DNA of 64,000 nucleotides from Bdellovibrionales bacterium (GTDB taxonomy: Bacteria > Bdellovibrionota > Bdellovibrionia > Bdellovibrionales > JAGQZY01). This document shows, piece after piece, positions 37,429 to 46,021 of this stretch. The DNA lies in contig JBGSNK010000077.1 of assembly GCA_041739665.1 (NCBI GenBank), forward strand, positions 11,204 through 75,203. Reading direction: 5' to 3'. The notes under the pieces were generated by a model that was given only the letters and a program-made list of their open reading frames with translations, had not been told where the DNA came from and made no database searches. Position 1 is the stretch's first letter. Each line of letters opens with the position of its first letter. The position numbers and the translations under genes were made by a program.

Positions 37429-39516
37429 TTATCCAATAAGGTCTTTGTTTTTTTCTGTGAGGTGTTGGCGCAAAGACGCATTGTCTTTGCGGCGCAACTC
37501 GGGGTCTTGTTCAATAATGGTGAAGGCCGCCTCGCGCGCCTGCTTAAGAATATCGATGTCGCGAATGAGGTTCGCCATTCTGAAGCCAGGCAAGCCGGAC
37601 TGGCGTGACCCTAAAAATTCGCCAGGGCCACGAATTTCCAAATCCGCTTCTGAGATTTGAAACCCATCTTGACAGGTTTCCATCATATCAATGCGCGCTT
37701 TGGATTCGGGCGATACAGCAAAGCCCAAAGATAAAATACAATAACTTTTGTGTTCGCCACGCCCCACTCGTCCGCGCAATTGATGCAATTGGGACAAACC
37801 AAATCTCTCGGCATGATCAATCCAAATGATATTGGCGTTAGGCACATCCACGCCCACTTCGATCACAGTTGTAGCCACAAGAATTTGATATTCGCCAGAG
37901 TAAAAGGCCAACATCACTTCGTCTTTTTGTTCGCTCTTCATCTTGCCGTGGACCAATCCCATTTTGTACTGGGGCAATTCTTTAGAAAGTTTCTCGAACT
38001 CTTGAACGGCCGAGGTCAGTTCGATTTTTTCGCTCTCATCGACAAGGGGAAACACAATATAAGCTTGCCGACCCTTTTCAATTTGTTCGCCGATAAATTT
38101 TAGAATCTGAGCTCGCTTACTTTGAAAGGTCACTCGGGTTTGTACGGGTTGTCTTCCAAGCGGCATTTCGTTAATAATAGACACATCCAGATCCCCATAG
38201 ACAGTCATAGCCAAACTGCGAGGAATCGGAGTGGCAGTCATCAATAAAAAGTGAGGGCTGAGGCCTTTGTTCTTCAACTTTTTTCTTTGTTCCACACCAA
38301 AGCGGTGTTGCTCGTCGACGATTACCAATCCTAAGTTATGAAACTGCACACCCTCTTGGATCAGCGCGTGGGTGCCCACCACTAAATCAAACTCACCCAA
38401 AGCGATTTTTTCTTGAACCTCTGTTTTCTCTTTGGCTTTCATGTGGCCACTGATAAAACCAACTCTCACCCCAAGGGGTCCGAGGAGTTTTATTGCTCCT
38501 TTAAAATGCTGTTTGGCTAAAATTTCTGTGGGCACCATAAGAGCGACTTGATAGCTATTTTCTATGGCCAGCAATGAGGCCATCAACGCCACCAAAGTTT
38601 TTCCACTGCCCACATCCCCTTGTACTAAACGGTGCATGGGGTGCGAACTGGTCAGGTCTGTGCAAATTTCATCAAAGGCACGAGTCTGAGCTCCTGTGAG
38701 CGAAAAGGGCAGTTTGGACTTCATTTGCTCTACTAAATGGGTGCGTTTTTCAAATTGAAGAGCCTTATCTTTGCGAACGCCCCGTCTTTTTGCAGCCAAA
38801 AGCAATTCAAGCCAAAAAAACTCTTCAAAGATCACTCGACGATGAAAGGAAGAGCGCAGCTCTATAAAGTCCTCGCCAGCCCCTTCGGGGGGCATATGGA
38901 TATGTTTGATTGTCTCCTCATATCCTGGGAGATTGTACTTCTTTAAAACCCATTGGGGAATTCGCTCTTGAACGCCCTTCACTTCACCACTTTCTATGGC
39001 CAAAGTGGCCTGGCTCAATATTTTACGCCATCTTGTCGTGCTCAGACCGTCCGTTTCCGAGTAGATCGGCACCAGTTCGTCTTTGAGATCTTCATCATGA
39101 CGAATGTCCTGAATATCGGGATGATTGAATTCGATTTGCCCTCTGTAATGGGAAACCTTTCCAATCACACGGACCTGTTGGCGAGGCTGAAAGCGTTCAA
39201 AATAGCCACGGTAGGGGACGCGAAAAAATTTGCAGTGGATCACTCCAGAGCCGTCGCGCAGAGTCACGTCCCAGACCTTTTTTCGCGTACGCCCCAATTG
39301 ATAGCTGCTGACTCCCACAACTTCGGCTTGAATGCTGACAATTTCATCGGGGCGAAGGGAGGCTATATTTCGAGCCACTCTGCGGTCTTCATAGGCACGG
39401 GGGTAGTTTTGCAAAAGGTCTCCCAATGTGGAAACACCTTTTTTACGCAAAAGTGCACCAAGTTTTGGACCAACCCCTTTTAGAAACTGAATCGGAGTGT
39501 CAATATGAAGAGACAT
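37429..39516 (-). CDS. recG: ATP-dependent DNA helicase RecG
   Basis: 695 aa with a wedge/OB N-domain, GDVGSGKT Walker A, the DEQH box and the TATPIPR motif. Confidence 0.95.
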   Translation of the reverse strand: MSLHIDTPIQFLKGVGPKLGALLRKKGVSTLGDLLQNYPRAYEDRRVARNIASLRPDEIVSIQAEVVGVSSYQLGRTRKKVWDVTLRDGSGVIHCKFFRVPYRGYFERFQPRQQVRVIGKVSHYRGQIEFNHPDIQDIRHDEDLKDELVPIYSETDGLSTTRWRKILSQATLAIESGEVKGVQERIPQWVLKKYNLPGYEETIKHIHMPPEGAGEDFIELRSSFHRRVIFEEFFWLELLLAAKRRGVRKDKALQFEKRTHLVEQMKSKLPFSLTGAQTRAFDEICTDLTSSHPMHRLVQGDVGSGKTLVALMASLLAIENSYQVALMVPTEILAKQHFKGAIKLLGPLGVRVGFISGHMKAKEKTEVQEKIALGEFDLVVGTHALIQEGVQFHNLGLVIVDEQHRFGVEQRKKLKNKGLSPHFLLMTATPIPRSLAMTVYGDLDVSIINEMPLGRQPVQTRVTFQSKRAQILKFIGEQIEKGRQAYIVFPLVDESEKIELTSAVQEFEKLSKELPQYKMGLVHGKMKSEQKDEVMLAFYSGEYQILVATTVIEVGVDVPNANIIWIDHAERFGLSQLHQLRGRVGRGEHKSYCILSLGFAVSPESKARIDMMETCQDGFQISEADLEIRGPGEFLGSRQSGLPGFRMANLIRDIDILKQAREAAFTIIEQDPELRRKDNASLRQHLTEKNKDLIG

Positions 39517-39619
39517 AATCCCCCGTGGAAAGGCATTATCCTAAAGAAAAGCCCTCTTGAAGTCAAAAAAGCAAAAAAGCAGGCTTTCAATAACACCTCG
39601 CCCATGGCAGAATTTCGAT

Positions 39620-40540
39620 ATGGCGATGGATTTTTTTAATGTACGCGTCGGATGCTTAAGCGCCGATTTAAATCTCCCCTTTGATCTTTATGTACAGATC
39701 AAAGATCGCCAAGTTCACTACCTGCGATCTGGCGACAAACTCAGCCCCGATCGCTTCGAAAAATTTGTAAACTCCGACAGGTTTTATATCCCCAATGATC
39801 AACGCCAAAGTTTTAAAGACTTTATTTCAAAGCGCTTAGATGACGAAAATCTCCACTTCAAAAATAAGGCTGAGCTGCTCAGAGAAAGCTCTTTGTCCCT
39901 AGTCGAAGAGATTTATGAAAATCCCGATGTGGGCAAAGCTCTCGATGACTCTAAAAAGATTATACATGAGTTTGTCAAATTTATGGAGCAAGAGCCCGAG
40001 GGCATGGATCACTTGATCAGCCTTTCGAACCACGACTTCTACACTTACAATCACTCTTTAGATGTGGGTGTCTATGCTCTAGGGCTGGGACGCCTGATTG
40101 GACTCTCCACAGTTGAGCTCGAAGAGCTGGGTCGAGGGGCCCTTTTTCACGATGTGGGTAAACGTTGGGTTGATGTGGATATCATCTGCAAAAAGGGAGC
40201 TCTCGACGAAGTGGAGTGGGCTCAAATGAAGAAACATCCTGAGTTTGGCTTACAAATACTCAATGAATACGATGTCAGCGAAGCCATTAAAGCCTGTTGC
40301 TTTGAACATCACGAAAGCTTTCTTGGCAATGGCTACCCCCAAGAACTACCCGGAAAAGATATCCATCCAATGGCACGCATCATCGCCATTTCCGACACCT
40401 ATGATGCCATGACAACCCAACGTTCTTACAATCAGCCCATGACACCTAAAGACGCCATAAAGTTCATGACAACAAAACTTAAAGACCGATATGATCCCGA
40501 GTACCTTCGCGTACTTCGCGAAGTGATGTTTCAACTTTAA
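39620..40540 (+). CDS. HD-GYP domain protein (c-di-GMP phosphodiesterase family)
   Basis: HSLDV...HDVGK...HHESFLGNGYP...ISDTYDAMT is the HD-GYP pattern. The start is uncertain (39557 TTG, or 39620/39626 ATG). Confidence 0.8.
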   Translation: MAMDFFNVRVGCLSADLNLPFDLYVQIKDRQVHYLRSGDKLSPDRFEKFVNSDRFYIPNDQRQSFKDFISKRLDDENLHFKNKAELLRESSLSLVEEIYENPDVGKALDDSKKIIHEFVKFMEQEPEGMDHLISLSNHDFYTYNHSLDVGVYALGLGRLIGLSTVELEELGRGALFHDVGKRWVDVDIICKKGALDEVEWAQMKKHPEFGLQILNEYDVSEAIKACCFEHHESFLGNGYPQELPGKDIHPMARIIAISDTYDAMTTQRSYNQPMTPKDAIKFMTTKLKDRYDPEYLRVLREVMFQL

Positions 40541-40551
40541 AAAGGATTTTT

Positions 40552-41253
40552 ATGAAAAAGCAAATGGGCCGTTTGTTTGTGGTCATCTTACTCATCAGCA
40601 CACTTTTTACATTCTTCTATTTTGGACTGTATCGATACTTTGATCTGGAGTATCTCAAAAGCCAACAGGATAATTTTCAAAATTATTACGAGCAGTCCCC
40701 TCTCAGTACAATTTTTATCTTTATGTTCATTTATATCGTCAGCACAGCCCTCTCCTTACCTGGAGCTGCTCTGCTCACTTTATTAGGAGGAGCCTTATTT
40801 GGCTTGTTTGCGGGCACGATCATAGTTTCGTTTGCCAGCACCATTGGGGCCACCCTAGCTTTTCTAGTTGCACGCTTCTTAATGCGAGAATGGGTGCAGG
40901 CCAAATTTAGCAAGTCACTGGATAAGTTGAATAAGGGCGTTCGCGAAGAAGGAAACTTTTATCTGTTCACTTTGCGCCTGATTCCCATCGTCCCTTTCTT
41001 CGTCATCAACTTAGTGATGGGTCTGACACCCATGAGAACCCTCTCTTTTTTTATTGTCAGCCAAATCGGAATGCTTCCCGGCACTGTCGTTTTCGTCAAT
41101 GCTGGGACGGAGCTAGCCAAAATAGAAGCCCTCGGCGACATTCTCTCTCTCCGGCTTTGGCTCTCTTTTGCTCTTCTTGGTGTCTTTCCCATCTTGATGA
41201 AAAAAATCATGTCTTTTGTGAATTCTAAACTAGGAGCCGTATCCCGTGGCTAA
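40552..41253 (+). CDS. TVP38/TMEM64 (DedA-related) family membrane protein
   Basis: 233 aa, multi-TM, with RLIPIVPFFVINLVMG typical of the SNARE-associated/TVP38 family. Confidence 0.75.
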   Translation: MKKQMGRLFVVILLISTLFTFFYFGLYRYFDLEYLKSQQDNFQNYYEQSPLSTIFIFMFIYIVSTALSLPGAALLTLLGGALFGLFAGTIIVSFASTIGATLAFLVARFLMREWVQAKFSKSLDKLNKGVREEGNFYLFTLRLIPIVPFFVINLVMGLTPMRTLSFFIVSQIGMLPGTVVFVNAGTELAKIEALGDILSLRLWLSFALLGVFPILMKKIMSFVNSKLGAVSRG

Positions 41254-42685
41254 GTACGATTTCAATATGGTGGCCATAGGTGCCGGCGCAGCTGGTCTTG
41301 TGACCTCTTACATTTGTGCCGCGACTCAGGGTAAGGTGGCTTTAATTGAAAAACACAAAATGGGTGGAGATTGCCTTAACACTGGATGCGTTCCCAGCAA
41401 GGCTTTAATTCGCACTGCTAAATTTATGAATGATATTAAGAACGCTCAAAAATTGGGAATTCAAGAGGCCCATGCCACTTTGGATTTCAAACAAGTTATG
41501 GATCGCGTGCAAAGAGTGATTCAAACTATCGAACCCCACGACTCGGTAGAACGCTACCAGTCTCTAGGTGTGGATTGTTTTATTGGAGAGGCTAAAATTT
41601 TGTCACCTCACCATGTGGAGGTCAATGGCCAAACCCTGACTACCAAAAATATCACGATCGCAACCGGAGCAAGACCACTGATTCCCAATATCCCTGGGCT
41701 CAAAGACGTTAACCCGCTAACTTCGGACAACTTGTGGCAACTTCGTGAGGCTCCCAAACACTTGGTGATCTTAGGCGGCGGTCCTATTGGCTCGGAATTG
41801 GCCCAAGCCTTTTCTCGCCTCGGAGTTAAAGTCACACAAGTGGAAATGGCTGATCGGCTTTTGCAAAAAGAGGATTCGGACGTTTCCCAAATAGTCTTAG
41901 AGAAATTTCAAAAAGAAGGAATTGAAGTTTTATTACAACACCGCCTCGTATCGGCAAGAAAAGAAGGCTCACAAATCCATCTTGAGTGTGAGGCCCCAGA
42001 AGGACCGCGAACCATCAACTGTGATCAAGTGCTTGTGGCTCTTGGGCGACAAGCCAACACCCGTGGCTTTGGTTTAGAGGAATTAGGAGTGGAAACACAT
42101 CCCAATGGCACTGTTAAAGTCGACCCCTATTTGCGAACCCTTAAGTATAAAAATATTTATGCTTGCGGCGATGTGGCTGGCCCTTACCAGTTCACCCATG
42201 TGGCAGCCCACCAAGCCTGGTTTTGCTCAGTCAACTCCATGGTTCTCCCCTTTTGGGGATTCAAAGCAAACTATGATGTGATTCCATGGGCCACATATAC
42301 GGATCCGGAAGTGGCACGGGTTGGAATCAATGAACAAGAGGCAAAAGAGAAAAATATTCCCTATCAGTTGACCACCTATGAATTAAAAGGTCTTGATCGA
42401 GCAGTCACCGACGAAGCCGCCTATGGTTTGGTCAAAGTCCTCACCCCTCCTAAAAAAGATAAAATTTTGGGAGTCACAATAGTGGGTCTACATGCCGGAG
42501 ATATAATGGCCGAATATGTCCTCGCCATGAAGCATGGACTGGGACTCAATAAAATATTGGGCACCATCCACATCTATCCCACTCTAGCTGAAGCCAATAA
42601 ATATGCAGCTGGAAATTGGAAAAAATCACAGGTCAGCCCCGCCACCCTTAAATGGGGAGAACGCCTCAATCGTTGGCGTCGCTAA
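41246..42685 (+). CDS. FAD-dependent pyridine nucleotide-disulfide oxidoreductase (mercuric reductase / dihydrolipoamide dehydrogenase-like)
   Basis: 479 aa with GAGAAG, the redox-active GGDCLNTGCVPSK motif, a second GGGPIG NAD site and a dimerisation domain. It overlaps the TVP38 gene by 8 nt. The TVP38 + reductase pairing is, to my knowledge, a recurring association. Confidence 0.85.
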   Translation: MAKYDFNMVAIGAGAAGLVTSYICAATQGKVALIEKHKMGGDCLNTGCVPSKALIRTAKFMNDIKNAQKLGIQEAHATLDFKQVMDRVQRVIQTIEPHDSVERYQSLGVDCFIGEAKILSPHHVEVNGQTLTTKNITIATGARPLIPNIPGLKDVNPLTSDNLWQLREAPKHLVILGGGPIGSELAQAFSRLGVKVTQVEMADRLLQKEDSDVSQIVLEKFQKEGIEVLLQHRLVSARKEGSQIHLECEAPEGPRTINCDQVLVALGRQANTRGFGLEELGVETHPNGTVKVDPYLRTLKYKNIYACGDVAGPYQFTHVAAHQAWFCSVNSMVLPFWGFKANYDVIPWATYTDPEVARVGINEQEAKEKNIPYQLTTYELKGLDRAVTDEAAYGLVKVLTPPKKDKILGVTIVGLHAGDIMAEYVLAMKHGLGLNKILGTIHIYPTLAEANKYAAGNWKKSQVSPATLKWGERLNRWRR

Positions 42686-43652
42686 AATGGGAAAAACCTT
42701 TGCTAGTCGGTTGCCAGACCTTCCCGTGCAATAAATACCTGGGTTTCTGATCTTCTGACTTTGGGGCAATATAGCCAATGGGAAAAATTTTATCCCCAAA
42801 CTTAGATTCAAAAGCATGGTTGATTTGATGCAAATATTTTTCGCGGACTCCAAACAAAAGACGATAATCCTCGCCGCCATTTACCGCAAAGTCATAAGGG
42901 TTCAAATGCTGATTGCGACACAACTCTTGAACCTCAAGACTCAAAGGTATGTCTTGAACCCATACTTGATAATCCACGCCTTCAATTCGCTGTAAATCGC
43001 TCCAAAGTCCGTCAGAGAGATCAATCATCCCATGAACCCCTTTTTGTTTGGCTAAGAACTGAGCCTTGGTCCACTCGATGGGGGGGCGATGGTGACGTTG
43101 GACGAGAGTCTTCACAAGGGGGTGTTCCACATTATTTTGTAAAGTCCACAATCCCAAAGCAGAGTCACCCAAGGAGCCCGTCACACATAGCAAATCAGCT
43201 TTAACAAAGTCCTGCCGATACTGGACCGACTTTTTTTTCACAATCCCACTGATATTCACGTTGATAAAAAGGTCGTGACGAGAGCGGCTCAGATCCCCTC
43301 CCAAGAGGTGAACCCCTTGTTTTCGCGCTTCTTTCTTAAAGCCATTAAAGAAAGTCTCCAATGACGTCTCGTCCACTTTTGGAGGAACGGCTAAACTCAA
43401 ATGCACCCAGAGAGGCTGCCCTCCCATAGCTGCAATATCGCTGATGTTCACAGCCAAGGCTTTATAGGCGAGGTCTTCAAAAGAAATATTTTCCAAATTG
43501 AAGTGAACCCCCTCAATCATAAGATCTGAAGATTGAATGAGCAGTTGTTTACGCCCCCACGGGACCGTACTACAGTCGTCACCGACAGCCATGATGGCCA
43601 GATCAGAATGGCCTCCCTTTATAACTCTGTTTATAAAATCAAATTCGTTCAT
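42666..43652 (-). CDS. thiL: thiamine-monophosphate kinase
   Basis: 328 aa with an AIR-synthase-like fold (GDDCS...DLMIEGVHF...ISDIAAMGG...GGDL). Confidence 0.85.
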   Translation of the reverse strand: MNEFDFINRVIKGGHSDLAIMAVGDDCSTVPWGRKQLLIQSSDLMIEGVHFNLENISFEDLAYKALAVNISDIAAMGGQPLWVHLSLAVPPKVDETSLETFFNGFKKEARKQGVHLLGGDLSRSRHDLFINVNISGIVKKKSVQYRQDFVKADLLCVTGSLGDSALGLWTLQNNVEHPLVKTLVQRHHRPPIEWTKAQFLAKQKGVHGMIDLSDGLWSDLQRIEGVDYQVWVQDIPLSLEVQELCRNQHLNPYDFAVNGGEDYRLLFGVREKYLHQINHAFESKFGDKIFPIGYIAPKSEDQKPRYLLHGKVWQPTSKGFSHFSDAND

Positions 43653-43916
43653 AATGATTTAAACACCCCTTCTATCTCTATTCAAACATTGTGACCAATA
43701 AAGGATCTAATATAAGAATAGCTCAAATAAGGTCCACTTGGTCTACTAAAAATAAAGCACCAACCTCCCATCCTGAACCCCAAACGTTTGCAACAGCAAC
43801 TATCAATATTGTTACAACTTGTTTCAAAAGATACGATCAAATTCGAATCCGAAGAACATTAGTGCAAATCAGATAGTTTTGGGCCCCAAATGAACTCAAT
43901 TTTAAGCAAATTCTAG

Positions 43917-43932
43917 CGGCACGCTCCTTGCT
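43917..43932 (+). promoter_or_regulatory. sigma-54 (-24/-12) promoter
   Basis: cGGCACGctccTTGCt. GG is at 43918-43919 and GC at 43930-43931, exactly the TGGCACG-N4-TTGC spacing. It lies about 30 nt upstream of a strong RBS and ATG. Confidence 0.6.
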
Positions 43933-43960
43933 CATTAGGTATTCAACAACCAAGGAGGAA

Positions 43961-44011
43961 ATGTGGAAGTCATTGGGAATAACGCAAAAGAGATTTTTAA
44001 CTCTGTTCTAA
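43961..44011 (+). CDS. 16-aa micro-ORF (MWKSLGITQKRFLTLF)
   Basis: AAGGAGG sits 2 nt upstream of the ATG, just downstream of the sigma-54 promoter. Below the ORF-track length cutoff. Confidence 0.3.
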   Translation: MWKSLGITQKRFLTLF

Positions 44012-44168
44012 CCCCCTACCAGGCTCATTATTTGCTGAAAGTTCTGGATAGCAATTCATCAAATCAGTTTGCCCAACATTTTATGAGTAAACGACATCAA
44101 AAAAAGGACTTTATGATTATTCAAAGATCAGAAGATTAATAAACCAATAAGCCAAAGGAGACATCATT

Positions 44169-44294
44169 ATGGAACAAAAAAAGACGAATAAAACGCCACG
44201 AGATCAGTCCGCAGCAAAGACTGATTCGGACAGAAAAAATGAGGAAAAGGATCGAAAAACTGCCCAAGGTCAGGGTAAGGAGAGGTCTAGATAA
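44169..44294 (+). CDS. 41-aa highly charged small protein (MEQKKTNKTPRDQSAAKTDSDRKNEEKDRKTAQGQGKERSR)
   Basis: AAAGGAGA is 7 nt upstream of the ATG, and a clean terminator follows. Below the ORF-track length cutoff. Confidence 0.45.
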   Translation: MEQKKTNKTPRDQSAAKTDSDRKNEEKDRKTAQGQGKERSR

Positions 44295-44337
44295 CACCAA
44301 TTCATTTGGTGGAACCTGAGCGAACCTGACTAGGGAA

Positions 44338-44369
44338 CCGCATACAGAGTGATTTGTATGCGGTTTTTT
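44338..44369 (+). terminator. rho-independent terminator
   Basis: CCGCATACA 44338-44346 / TGTATGCGG 44355-44363, then T6 at 44364-44369. Confidence 0.75.
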
Positions 44370-44520
44370 AAGATCTTTGGAGCCACTTTTGTTTCTATCT
44401 AAGCAAGGTCTACACAGTTGCTACACAATTTAAAGAGACGACTGTGCAAAAATAGGGTGACCGGAATCTCCAAAGACTAAAAAAATGACATAATTATAAA
44501 ACTTATCTTGACCTCATAAG

Positions 44521-44549
44521 TTGCTGTAAAGAATTCCCATTGTTATAAT
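44521..44549 (+). promoter_or_regulatory. candidate sigma-70 promoter of the regulator-kinase operon
   Basis: TTGCTG (44521-44526), 17 nt, TATAAT (44544-44549), about 57 nt upstream of the ATG at 44607. Confidence 0.4.
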
Positions 44550-44606
44550 TAATTAAGTCATATAAATTACAATTGTTTGGTGGAGAGATAAAGGAAGGAT
44601 TGCTGA

Positions 44607-46016
44607 ATGCCCTCTTCGATATTGATCCTAGATGACGACATCGACATCTGTCGCCTGTTTAAAACAGGCTTCGAGAATAAAGATTTTACAGCCGATATTG
44701 CAAACTCCCTTAAAGAAGCAAAAGCACTTGTCGAGAAAAAGCACTACGATGCTGTCCTTGCTGACATTTTTCTTGGCGAAGAAGACGGCCTTAACGGTTT
44801 ACAAGAACTGATCCAAATCAGTCCACGCACTCGCTACTTTTCGTTCACCAGCCAAGAAACTATACCATTAGCTGTTGGAGCCATGGAAAAGGGGGCAGCG
44901 AACTTCTTCCCAAAATCCCTGGGGTTAGATAAAATCATTGAACTTGTTAAATCAAAATTAGATCTTGAAATTGAAGTTACACCTCAAGATATCTGCGCCC
45001 ATCCAGACCTTATTGGACAGTCGCAAGAGATGTTTAAGGTCATGAGTCGCATTCAACAGTTTAGTCAGGTCGATTCAACAGTACTTATCACCGGTGAGTC
45101 GGGTACAGGTAAAGAAATTATTGCCAAAGCTATTCATGAAACTGGCTCACGTAATGAAGGAACTTTTCAAGCTATCAACTGCGGCGCAATTCCAGAAAAT
45201 CTTTTAGAGTCTGAATTCTTTGGACATACTAGAGGTGCTTTCACCGATGCTAAAAGTGATAAAAAAGGTCTCTTTGAAATCTGCACTAATGGCACACTCA
45301 TGTTAGACGAAATTGGCGACATGCCCCTTTCTTTACAAGTGAAACTCCTGCGCGTATTACAAGAGAAAGAAATTCGCCCCATCGGGGCAACACGATCTAT
45401 ATCAGTCAACCCACGCATAATTGCTTGCACTCACAGAGACCTTGGGGAAATGGTTCAGAATGGCACTTTTCGACAAGATCTATTGTTTCGTCTTTCAGTT
45501 TTACGTCTTGATGTTCCACCTCTGAGGCAAAGAAAAGAAGACATTCCCCTGCTTGCACAAGAATTTATTAATCGCTTTAATAAACGCTTCAAAAAAAATA
45601 TCTCACTCCCCTCACCTGAACTTTTAGTTCGATTGCAAAATTACGATTGGCCTGGAAATGTTCGCGAGTTACAGAATTCTTTGGAACGGGCTGTTGTTCT
45701 CGCTCATAAAAACGAACTCAGCCCCGAAGATATCTTCAATTCCAATCATCCTGCCACCCCAGATGCAGAAAAATCGGCACAAGATATCCCTCTGACACAT
45801 GAAATTGCTAAAAGTGAATTTGAAAAAAACTACACTCGCCATCTTCTAGAGGAGTCGCATGGGAATATTACTTTAGCTGCCAAAATGTCTGGCAAACACA
45901 GAGTAGAAATTTACCGTCTTATGAAAAAATTTGATTTCCATAGAGAAGACTTCTTTCCAAACAAAAAAAAAACTAACTATCAGGAGATCGCAGGTGGCTA
46001 CACCACTTCGAATTAA
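44607..46016 (+). CDS. sigma-54-dependent response regulator (NtrC family enhancer-binding protein)
   Basis: 469 aa with a REC domain (DDD...LADIFL), an AAA+ domain with GESGTGKE, the GAFTDA variant of GAFTGA, and a C-terminal HTH. Confidence 0.9.
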   Translation: MPSSILILDDDIDICRLFKTGFENKDFTADIANSLKEAKALVEKKHYDAVLADIFLGEEDGLNGLQELIQISPRTRYFSFTSQETIPLAVGAMEKGAANFFPKSLGLDKIIELVKSKLDLEIEVTPQDICAHPDLIGQSQEMFKVMSRIQQFSQVDSTVLITGESGTGKEIIAKAIHETGSRNEGTFQAINCGAIPENLLESEFFGHTRGAFTDAKSDKKGLFEICTNGTLMLDEIGDMPLSLQVKLLRVLQEKEIRPIGATRSISVNPRIIACTHRDLGEMVQNGTFRQDLLFRLSVLRLDVPPLRQRKEDIPLLAQEFINRFNKRFKKNISLPSPELLVRLQNYDWPGNVRELQNSLERAVVLAHKNELSPEDIFNSNHPATPDAEKSAQDIPLTHEIAKSEFEKNYTRHLLEESHGNITLAAKMSGKHRVEIYRLMKKFDFHREDFFPNKKKTNYQEIAGGYTTSN

Positions 46017-46021
46017 TTGAT

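Noticed and set aside
43691-43876. A 61-aa ORF in the thiL upstream region.
   Set aside because: It has a GTG start without an RBS and a low-complexity basic translation, and it overlaps the likely thiL promoter and the putative enhancer dyad.
44083-44139. An 18-codon ORF (MSKRHQKKDFMIIQRSED) between the two RBS-supported micro-ORFs.
   Set aside because: There is no Shine-Dalgarno sequence upstream, so it cannot be distinguished from chance.
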